DNA of 64,000 nt from an uncultured Actinomycetes bacterium. Lineage in GTDB: Bacteria; Actinomycetota; Coriobacteriia; Anaerosomatales; PHET01. Positions 57,461 through 64,000 of this stretch are shown here, in pieces. The stretch spans positions 254,173-318,172 of the forward strand of contig CAVYQS010000012.1 of assembly GCA_963770765.1 (NCBI GenBank), in the 5' to 3' direction. A program made the translations under genes and the position numbers. Below the pieces are notes generated by a model. The model had not been told where the DNA came from and did no database searches. It worked only from the letters and a program-made list of their open reading frames with translations. Position 1 is the stretch's first letter, and the number at the start of each line of letters is the position of its first letter.

Positions 57461-57811
57461 ATGAGCGACGCTCCCGTACTTGCCGGCATCAACAAGGTCC
57501 AGGATCTGGAGGCCGCCGGCGACTTCGAGAAGAAGCACACCCCTGCCATCGAATGCGTCCGCGATGGCGACAAGCTGCATGTTACGGTGAGGGTCGGCCA
57601 CTGGGTCTCTCATCCGAACCAGCCAGATCACTACATCGAGTGGATCGAGGTTCACGCCGCCGGCGCGCCTGTCGCCAGGTTCGACCTCTCGGCGGTTGCC
57701 GTGGATCCCACGATCACCTGCGTGTTGAACGTCGCGCCCGGCACAGCGCTCGCGGCGATGGAGAGCTGCAACCTGCACGGACTGTGGGTCGCCGAGGCCG
57801 TCGCGCCGTAG
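57461..57811 (+). CDS. sor: Superoxide reductase (neelaredoxin / class II desulfoferrodoxin type)
   Basis: It has EKKHTPAI, ...VGHWVSHPNQPDHYIEWIEV and CNLHGLW, which supply the Fe ligands (4 His plus Cys). The second ATG at 57461 is chosen because GGAGG (57451..57455) precedes it by 5 nt. Confidence 0.85.
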   Translation: MSDAPVLAGINKVQDLEAAGDFEKKHTPAIECVRDGDKLHVTVRVGHWVSHPNQPDHYIEWIEVHAAGAPVARFDLSAVAVDPTITCVLNVAPGTALAAMESCNLHGLWVAEAVAP

Positions 57812-57864
57812 CGCTCCGACCCGGCCGGCTGATGCCATCCGGCAGCAGTCACATCGTCGCGAAA

Positions 57865-57892
57865 CGACGCCGCCCACCTTCGGGCGGCGTCG
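57865..57892 (+). terminator. Bidirectional intrinsic terminator between sor (+) and the convergent minus-strand gene
   Basis: CGACGCCGCCC-accttc-GGGCGGCGTCG forms an 11-bp perfect stem. It is followed by GCCTTCTTCC. Confidence 0.65.
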
Positions 57893-57912
57893 GCCTTCTT
57901 CCTGAGAAGAGC

Positions 57913-58269
57913 TCAGTTCGCGCGCGCCGGGTCGAGCAGATTCCTCAGCGCGACTGCCTGGTCGGCATGCAGCTTGGCCTCGATGAGATCACCGCGACTC
58001 TCACACGCGCGCGATTCCATCTCCAACGCCTCAGCGAGCAAGAGCACCACCCGATCGTCATGGGCGGTGATCTCAAGCGCGGAGGTCAGCGCCTGCGGCG
58101 AGAGCCGAGCGACCAGGCCGGGATCCATACCGAGAGCGTGCCCCACCGCTTCGCTGGCCAGTTCGTACGACTCCTGGTAGTCGCCTTCCCTCATGCGCTC
58201 CTGAGCCTTGCGAAGCAAGCCGCCCATCTGTTCGATGAGGCGGACTATCGTGTCATCTTGGTAGCGCAC
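57913..58269 (-). CDS. Small helical hypothetical protein
   Basis: The ORF 57913..58581 is trimmed to the GTG at 58269, which follows GGAGGGGG. The sequence is MRYQDDTIVRLIEQMGGLLRKAQERMREGDYQESYELASEA.... The upstream part of the track ORF is Arg-rich shadow. Confidence 0.5.
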   Translation of the reverse strand: MRYQDDTIVRLIEQMGGLLRKAQERMREGDYQESYELASEAVGHALGMDPGLVARLSPQALTSALEITAHDDRVVLLLAEALEMESRACESRGDLIEAKLHADQAVALRNLLDPARAN

Positions 58270-58481
58270 CCTGCCCCCTCCGAAGCCCCAGTTTGGCCCG
58301 AGATCCGGCCTCCGCGATATGTATCGGCACGAGAAGCTGCGACCATCAATCCGGTGCCACCGTCGCAGTCGCCCTTGTCGGCACGATGTGATGGGAAGGA
58401 CCGTGGACCTCGTTCGGCCCACCCGGTGCCGATGGCCGCTTCGGCTCGCGTCCAGGCGCCGCCCCACGCCGACCCGACGCA

Positions 58482-58838
58482 CTAGCGCACCACGAGCAAC
58501 CATGCGACAGCGACGATGCCGATTGCGCCGGCGATGCTCAGGACGACCTTGCTTCGGACTGTGTACAAGGGCGATCGCCACAGCATCCAGAACGCCAGGG
58601 GAAAGAACAGCAGGTACGCGAGCACGATCGCCAGCTGCACGACCGGCACGTCGTTCTCCTGCGAAACCCCCGCGTTGAGATCGGGCTCGAACGTGTCGAC
58701 CTTGTAGATATCCAACCCCTTCTCGCCAAGAATGCCCTTTGGCTGGTTGGGGGGCAGTGTCGGCAGCTCGCCGCGGGACAACGCCTCGTCAAGTTCCTCG
58801 TTGACGGCGCGATTCCGTTCTGGCGGAGTATCGCTCAA
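58482..58838 (-). CDS. Hypothetical membrane protein (2 TM)
   Basis: 118 aa. The TM segments are VVQLAIVLAYLLFFPLAFWMLW and VVLSIAGAIGIVAVAWLLVV. Confidence 0.55.
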   Translation of the reverse strand: MSDTPPERNRAVNEELDEALSRGELPTLPPNQPKGILGEKGLDIYKVDTFEPDLNAGVSQENDVPVVQLAIVLAYLLFFPLAFWMLWRSPLYTVRSKVVLSIAGAIGIVAVAWLLVVR

Positions 58839-58877
58839 TGGGTTTCTCCAAGGCCTGTGGCATCTCTCGCGGAGATG

Positions 58878-59951
58878 CTAGAACAGGCCAGCTTGGTCGG
58901 GGGCGGATGCCGGCGGGGTGATACCGAGGTGTTCGTAGGCGCGCTGGGTCGCCTGACGGCCCTTGGGCGTGCGGACGAGCAGGCCAAGCTGAAGCAGGAA
59001 GGGTTCGTACACATCCTCGAGCGTGTCCGGATCCTCGCCCGTGGCGCTGGCGAGGGTGTTCAGGCCGACCGGCCGACCGCAGAACGTATCTGCGAGCGTC
59101 GTGAGGATGCGCACGTCCATCGTGTCGAGCCCTAGGTGGTCGACCTCGAAGAACGCGAGCGCTTCGGCCGCGATGTCCTCATCGATGGACCCCGAGTGAC
59201 GGACCTGCGCATAGTCCCTCACGCGCTTGAGCAGTCGATTCGCGAGTCGCGGGGTGCCTCGACTTCGGCGCGCGATCTCCTCGGCTCCTTCGTCATCGAT
59301 CGCGACGTCCAAGATACCGGCGCTACGACGCACGATGCTCGTGAGCTCAGGCGGAGTGTAGTAGTCGAGCCGGAACGCCATGCCGAAGCGGTCGCGCAGC
59401 GGTCCGGTGAGAAGCCCCGTGCGAGTGGTCGCTCCCACGAGCGTGAAACGAGGCAACTCGAGTCTCAGCGAACGCGCAGCGGGGCCCTTCCCGATCACGA
59501 TATCGAGCGTGTAGTCCTCCATGGCCGGATAGAGGATCTCTTCGACTGCGCGGTTGAGACGGTGTATCTCGTCGATGAACAGAACGTCGCGCTCCTCGAG
59601 ATTGGTGAGAATCGCGGCGAGGTCGCCGGCGCGCTCGATCGCGGGACCGCTTGTGGTCCTCAGGCGAACACCCAGCTCGGTGGCGATGACCGCCGCCAGT
59701 GTCGTCTTTCCGAGCCCGGGAGGGCCGGACAGCAAGACATGGTCGAGGGACTCATCGCGCGCTCTCGCGGCCTCGATCAGCACCGACAGGTTGTCCTTGA
59801 CCCTCTGCTGGCCCAGGTAGTCCTGAAGGCGCCTCGGGCGCAGACTCCGGTCGATCTCGAGGTCGTCTTCGGTCAGTCCAGCAGCGACCAGCCTCTCGGC
59901 GTCCGGTCGCTCGTCTGCCGGCGTGTGGCCTGCCTCCCATACGGTGCTCAT
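58878..59951 (-). CDS. ruvB: Holliday junction branch migration helicase RuvB
   Basis: 357 aa with [23 protein letters not shown] and [18 protein letters not shown]. Confidence 0.97.
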   Translation of the reverse strand: MSTVWEAGHTPADERPDAERLVAAGLTEDDLEIDRSLRPRRLQDYLGQQRVKDNLSVLIEAARARDESLDHVLLSGPPGLGKTTLAAVIATELGVRLRTTSGPAIERAGDLAAILTNLEERDVLFIDEIHRLNRAVEEILYPAMEDYTLDIVIGKGPAARSLRLELPRFTLVGATTRTGLLTGPLRDRFGMAFRLDYYTPPELTSIVRRSAGILDVAIDDEGAEEIARRSRGTPRLANRLLKRVRDYAQVRHSGSIDEDIAAEALAFFEVDHLGLDTMDVRILTTLADTFCGRPVGLNTLASATGEDPDTLEDVYEPFLLQLGLLVRTPKGRQATQRAYEHLGITPPASAPDQAGLF

Positions 59952-60529
59952 GAGGCGCTTCCCAGTCGCTTCAGCGCGTGCCGGAGCAAGGACTGCGCGT
60001 CTCCGGACCCACCGTTGAGCGCAGCGGTCGACTCGGCCGCCGAGAAGCCCATCGCCACCAGCGCCGCACGTGCCTCAGCACTGGCAGCACCGTCCCCGCG
60101 GGGACCGGTGGAACCGATCGCCTGACTCGACTCGAACTTGTCGGCGAGTTCGAGGATGATTCGTTGCGCGGTCTTCTTGCCGATGCCCGGAACGCTCGAG
60201 ATGAGCGCCACATCCTGGGCGGCAACAGCCTGTGCGAGCGTCTCGGTCGACAGGGATGAGAGTGTCGCGAGCGCGACCTTGGGGCCTACTCCCGACACCG
60301 TGAGCAGCAACTCGAACGCCTCCTGCTCGGCGAGACTCTCGAAACCGAACAGCGACAGTTCGTCTTCGCGCACATGGAGGTGCGTGAAGACCGTCACGTC
60401 GTCGCCCTCGGCCGGCAGCTCGGAGAGCGACCGGGTGGACATGTGAAGTCGATAGCCCACGCCACCGACCTCGAGCAACGCGAACGAGGCTCCCTTGCGG
60501 GCGAGCCGGCCGGTGAGAAACGCGATCAC
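59948..60529 (-). CDS. ruvA: Holliday junction DNA helicase RuvA
   Basis: 193 aa with MIAFLTGRL, ...LFGF and the HhH motifs VSGVGPKVA and [12 protein letters not shown]. Confidence 0.95.
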   Translation of the reverse strand: MIAFLTGRLARKGASFALLEVGGVGYRLHMSTRSLSELPAEGDDVTVFTHLHVREDELSLFGFESLAEQEAFELLLTVSGVGPKVALATLSSLSTETLAQAVAAQDVALISSVPGIGKKTAQRIILELADKFESSQAIGSTGPRGDGAASAEARAALVAMGFSAAESTAALNGGSGDAQSLLRHALKRLGSAS

Positions 60530-61023
60530 ACGCTCGCCCCCTCGAGTGCCCGGTGGTCACGAAGTGCGGCGTGGGTGAGCGCGACCGCAAGAGCATCCGC
60601 AGCATGGTCGGGCCGGGGGTCGTGATCGAGCCCGAGCTGGGTTCTCACCATGAAGGTGACCTGGCTCTTGTCGGCCGTTCCGGAGCCGGCAACGACGCTC
60701 TTGATCTGGACCGGGGAGTACTCGGCGATCGCGAGCTCGGTGTCCGCGGTCGCGAGAAGCGCCACGCCACGAGCCTGTCCGGTGGCAAACGCGCTCTTGG
60801 CGTTCGTGCCGAAGAAGATGCTCTCCACCGCGCACTCCGACGGGCCGTAGCGTCCTATCACGGCCCTGAGGTCATCGTGGATGCGCGCGAGGCGATGGGC
60901 GAGCTGTTCTGACGGGCCACTCGAGATGCAGCCGTAGGCCAGAGCCCGGCAGCCCGCGCCGGATCGCTCGATCACGCCCCAGCCGGTGTTCGCCAGGCCG
61001 GGGTCGATGCCCAGGATGATCAT
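60526..61023 (-). CDS. ruvC: Crossover junction endodeoxyribonuclease RuvC
   Basis: Trimmed to the ATG at 61023. The sequence is MIILGIDPGLANTGWGVI...DHAADALAVALTH. Confidence 0.95.
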   Translation of the reverse strand: MIILGIDPGLANTGWGVIERSGAGCRALAYGCISSGPSEQLAHRLARIHDDLRAVIGRYGPSECAVESIFFGTNAKSAFATGQARGVALLATADTELAIAEYSPVQIKSVVAGSGTADKSQVTFMVRTQLGLDHDPRPDHAADALAVALTHAALRDHRALEGASV

Positions 61024-61149
61024 CGTTTCGCCCCCCCTGCACCTCGAATCGAACATATGTTCAGGGTACCAGCAGGCTCCGACAGCGTAAAGCTGAGGAG
61101 GCCCGGGGGCAGGCGCCTGCCTACCGCGATCGCCTTTCACCCGCGAGTT

Positions 61150-61905
61150 CTACTCGAGAGCGGCCGCGATCTCGTCCGTGAGCTCCATCGTGTGGTAGAC
61201 GTTCTGGATGTCGTCGCTCTCCTCGAGTCGATCGACCAGCCGCAGGACCTTCTTGGCGTCTGCGACCGAGACCACCGTCGAGTTGACGGGCTCCATCACG
61301 AGTTCGGCTCCCTTGACCCGCAGACCGCCCTCCTCGAGCGCGTGGCTGACCGCGATCAGCTCGCCGGGGGTCGTGTAGACCACGGCATCCTCATCTCCGA
61401 ACTCGACGTCCTCGCCGCCGGCTTCGGCAACAAGCATCAGAATCTCGTCTTGGTCCAGCGCCGCCGACGGTTCGACGACGATCTCGCCCTGGCGTTCGAA
61501 CATGAACGCGACCGAGCCGGATGTGCCGAGGTTTCCACCCGCGCGCGTGAAGGCGGCGCGGACGTCCGCGGCAGTGCGGTTGCGGTTGTCCGTGAGCGCC
61601 TCGATGTAGAGCGCTACACCCGCGGGGCCGTAGCCCTCGTAGATGACCTCCTCGAAGTTCGCCGCGTCAGCGCCCGCGCCGAACGCCTTGTCGATCGCAG
61701 CCTGGATCTTGTCCTTGGGAAGTGAGTAGGTCTTCGCCTTGGCCACGGCCGCTGCCAATGACGCGTTGTTCTCGGGATTGGGGTCCCCGCCGGTCTTGGC
61801 GGCGACCGTGATGATGCGCGTCAGCTTGGAGAAGAGCGCGGACCGCTTGGCATCCTGTGCGCCCTTGCGGTGCTTTGTGGTTGCCCACTTGGAGTGTCCT
61901 GACAT
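61150..61905 (-). CDS. yebC: YebC/PmpR family DNA-binding transcriptional regulator
   Basis: Trimmed to the ATG at 61905. The sequence starts MSGHSKWATTKHRKGAQDAKRSALFSKL.... Confidence 0.95.
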   Translation of the reverse strand: MSGHSKWATTKHRKGAQDAKRSALFSKLTRIITVAAKTGGDPNPENNASLAAAVAKAKTYSLPKDKIQAAIDKAFGAGADAANFEEVIYEGYGPAGVALYIEALTDNRNRTAADVRAAFTRAGGNLGTSGSVAFMFERQGEIVVEPSAALDQDEILMLVAEAGGEDVEFGDEDAVVYTTPGELIAVSHALEEGGLRVKGAELVMEPVNSTVVSVADAKKVLRLVDRLEESDDIQNVYHTMELTDEIAAALE

Positions 61906-62068
61906 GTCTCTCGTGGTTCCTTTCGCCGCGATGAGGGCGGCTGGTGCGACGGCACCGTCCCGGGATTCATCGCGCAGAGCATACCCGATTTCGATGCTTC
62001 GGCGGTGGGAACAAGACACCCGCGAGCGGCAACGCCACCACGCCCCCCGGGGCCCGACCGGCCTTGAC

Positions 62069-62644
62069 TTACCTGCCCACCACGTTCTCGATGAAGTAGC
62101 GGTGAATCCGGGGGTCTCCGGTCAGCTCGGGGTGAAACGTCGTGGACAGAAGGCGATCGTGGCGCGCGGCGACGATCTGCGACTCGTGCCGTGCCAAGAC
62201 CTCGACCCCGTCGCCCACGGACTCGAGCCACGGCGCTCTGATGAAGACGCCGCGGTAGGGTTGGCCGATGTGAGAGAAGTGGAGGTCCGCCTCGAACGAG
62301 TCGACCTGGCGGCCGTAAGCGTTCCTTCGAACGGTCACGTCCATGAGGGCCAAGGAACGCTGGCCCTCGATCCCGTCGACGACATCGCGGGCGATCAGGA
62401 TGGCGCCGGCACACGTGCCCCACACAGCCATGCCATCCGAGTGTCGCGCGACGATCGTCTCGTAGAAGCCGTAGCTCTCCATGAGCTTGGAGATCGCGGT
62501 CGACTCCCCGCCCGGGATGATCAGGCCGGCCACCTCATCGAGCTGCTCGGGAAGCCTGATGGCCACCGCGCCGACGTCGAGTGCCTCCAACGCATAGATG
62601 TGCTCGCGGAAGGCGCCTTGGAGAGCGAGGACCCCTATCTTCAC
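62069..62644 (-). CDS. pdxT: Pyridoxal 5'-phosphate synthase glutaminase subunit
   Basis: 191 aa with MKIGVLALQGAFREH, GTCAG and FHPE. Confidence 0.95.
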   Translation of the reverse strand: MKIGVLALQGAFREHIYALEALDVGAVAIRLPEQLDEVAGLIIPGGESTAISKLMESYGFYETIVARHSDGMAVWGTCAGAILIARDVVDGIEGQRSLALMDVTVRRNAYGRQVDSFEADLHFSHIGQPYRGVFIRAPWLESVGDGVEVLARHESQIVAARHDRLLSTTFHPELTGDPRIHRYFIENVVGR

Positions 62645-63562
62645 CTACCAGCCACGCTCCTGCATGCGCTCGCCGTCGGGAATCTCCGAGATGTTGATGC
62701 CGACCATCGCCTCGCCGAGATTCCGAGAGACTCTGGCGATGATGTCCGCGTCGTCGAAATGGGTGGTGGCTTCGACGATCGCCTTGGCACGCTTGGCGGG
62801 GTCGCCGCTCTTGAAGATGCCCGAACCCACGAACACGCCGTCACAACCCAGCTGCATCATGAGCGCGGCGTCAGCCGGAGTGGCGATCCCCCCCGCCGAG
62901 AAGTTCACCACGGGGAGCTTGCCGTTCTCGGCGACCCACTTCACGAGTTCGTGGGGAGCCTGGAGGTCCTTCGCGGCGGCGAAGAGCTGCTCGGGGCGCA
63001 GGCCCTTGACCCACGCGATCTCGTCGGTCACCGCACGGATATGACGGACCGCCTCTACGACGTTGCCGGTTCCCGGCTCGCCCTTGGTGCGAACCATCGA
63101 GGCGCCTTCTGCGATACGGCGCAGTGCCTCGCCCAAGTTGCGACACCCGCAGACGAACGGGACGCTGAAGTCCCATTTGTTGACGTGATGCTCCTCGTCG
63201 ACCGGCGTGAGGACCTCGGACTCGTCGATGTAGTCGACGCCAAGCGTCTGCAACACCTGCGCCTCGGCGAAGTGGCCGATACGGCACTTGGCCATGACCG
63301 GGATGGACACTGAGCCCACGATGGACTCGACGATCGTCGGGTCGGCCATGCGGGCGACGCCGCCGGCAGCGCGGATGTCGGCAGGAACGCGCTCGAGGGC
63401 CATGACCGCCACCGCTCCGGCGTCCTCGGCGATCTTGGCCTGCTCGGCGTTCACGACGTCCATGATCACGCCGCCCTTGAGCATCTCGGCCAGTCCGGTC
63501 TTGACTCGAAGGGTCCCGATCTCGCGCTGAGTGTCTGACACCGGCGGTACGACTCCTTTCAA
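62645..63562 (-). CDS. pdxS: Pyridoxal 5'-phosphate synthase lyase subunit
   Basis: It has [41 protein letters not shown]..., GEPGTGN and [20 protein letters not shown]. The start is either the TTG at 63562 or the GTG at 63541 and is unresolved. Confidence 0.95.
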   Translation of the reverse strand: MKGVVPPVSDTQREIGTLRVKTGLAEMLKGGVIMDVVNAEQAKIAEDAGAVAVMALERVPADIRAAGGVARMADPTIVESIVGSVSIPVMAKCRIGHFAEAQVLQTLGVDYIDESEVLTPVDEEHHVNKWDFSVPFVCGCRNLGEALRRIAEGASMVRTKGEPGTGNVVEAVRHIRAVTDEIAWVKGLRPEQLFAAAKDLQAPHELVKWVAENGKLPVVNFSAGGIATPADAALMMQLGCDGVFVGSGIFKSGDPAKRAKAIVEATTHFDDADIIARVSRNLGEAMVGINISEIPDGERMQERGW

Positions 63563-63619
63563 AGGCCTCCGCGTCTGGTGCGGAGACCGCTATTCCTAGG
63601 GTGTGTATGCGATTCGAGG

Positions 63620-63649
63620 ATTGTACCTGCGCACGCGAAGCGTGAACAA
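63620..63649 (-). promoter_or_regulatory. Candidate promoter of pdxST
   Basis: On the minus strand TTGTTC (63649..63644) is followed by 18 nt and TACAAT (63625..63620), about 60 nt upstream of pdxS. Confidence 0.35.
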
Positions 63650-63674
63650 CCGCAGAAAGGGTGCGGATTGGCCG

Positions 63675-64000
63675 CTAGGGCTCCTGCACCTTGATCTTCA
63701 CGCTCGTGGGCACCACTTGGAACCACGTGCGACCGACGTGCAGCTTGATCGGGTCGCCTTCATCGTCGACGAACCTGGGCGGCGTCTTGCGGTCGGCCTT
63801 CCACGTGCCGTCGTAGCGCTTGCCGTTCTTGAAGACGCTGACATCGCCCTCGCCACCCATGTCGATGTCCCACGTGACCGAGCCGACCATGTCTTGTGTG
63901 GCCTCGGTGTACGTGGCCCACATGACCACGACGTTGTTCGCGGTGATCTGCTTGCCCGTGGCCTGATCCTTATGCGCCCGGCCGTCGTTCCAACGCTTGA
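63675..64000 (-). CDS. DUF3048-like protein, C-terminal part (5' end outside the window)
   Basis: The frame of ORF 63675..63929 stays open to the window edge. The sequence is ...VVMWATYTEATQDMVGSVTWDIDMGGEGDVSVFKNGKRYDGTWKADRKTPPRFVDDEGDPIKL.... The family call is tentative. Confidence 0.5.
   Translation of the reverse strand, partial: KRWNDGRAHKDQATGKQITANNVVVMWATYTEATQDMVGSVTWDIDMGGEGDVSVFKNGKRYDGTWKADRKTPPRFVDDEGDPIKLHVGRTWFQVVPTSVKIKVQEP

Overview
This is a visibly GC-rich stretch of chromosome (GC not computed). About 66 genes are present and all but three lie on the minus strand. The backbone order is pdxS-pdxT-yebC-ruvCAB ... tgt-yajC-secDF-(recJ)-relA-MBL hydrolase-hisS-aspS ... alaS-ruvX-mltG'-...-aroE ... 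aroC-aroK-aroB-aroQ. That order is typical of Actinobacteria, and a superoxide reductase gene suggests an anaerobic lifestyle. Four things stand out against this housekeeping backbone. (1) A complete Gram-positive-type type IV pilus (T4P) locus is interleaved with the shikimate genes. It holds two PilB paralogues, pilC, a pilin, pilD, pilMNO, a PilP-like gene and two pilin-like genes after aroQ. It also contains a conservon/MglAB-like module of Roadblock, PATAN(DUF4388), a small GTPase and a Pro-rich membrane protein. (2) A ~4.3 kb gene sits between the MBL hydrolase and hisS. It encodes a ~1430-aa surface-type multihaem cytochrome with at least 23 CXXCH and 7 CX4-6CH motifs, an FN3 domain, Ig-like repeats and a W/Y-rich tail. 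As read it is broken by about 9 frameshifts. (3) RecJ, a HIRAN domain and a RecQ-like SF2 helicase are fused in one reading frame. (4) Smaller items include single frameshifts in secF, the MBL hydrolase and the recJ fusion, a 74-codon MltG remnant, and a candidate yybP-ykoY Mn2+ riboswitch upstream of a UPF0016 transporter. I found no rRNA, tRNA, CRISPR array or mobile element. Most + strand ORFs in the track are antisense shadows of minus-strand genes. All family assignments come from reading motifs by eye, no searches were run, and start codons and frameshift positions are approximate.
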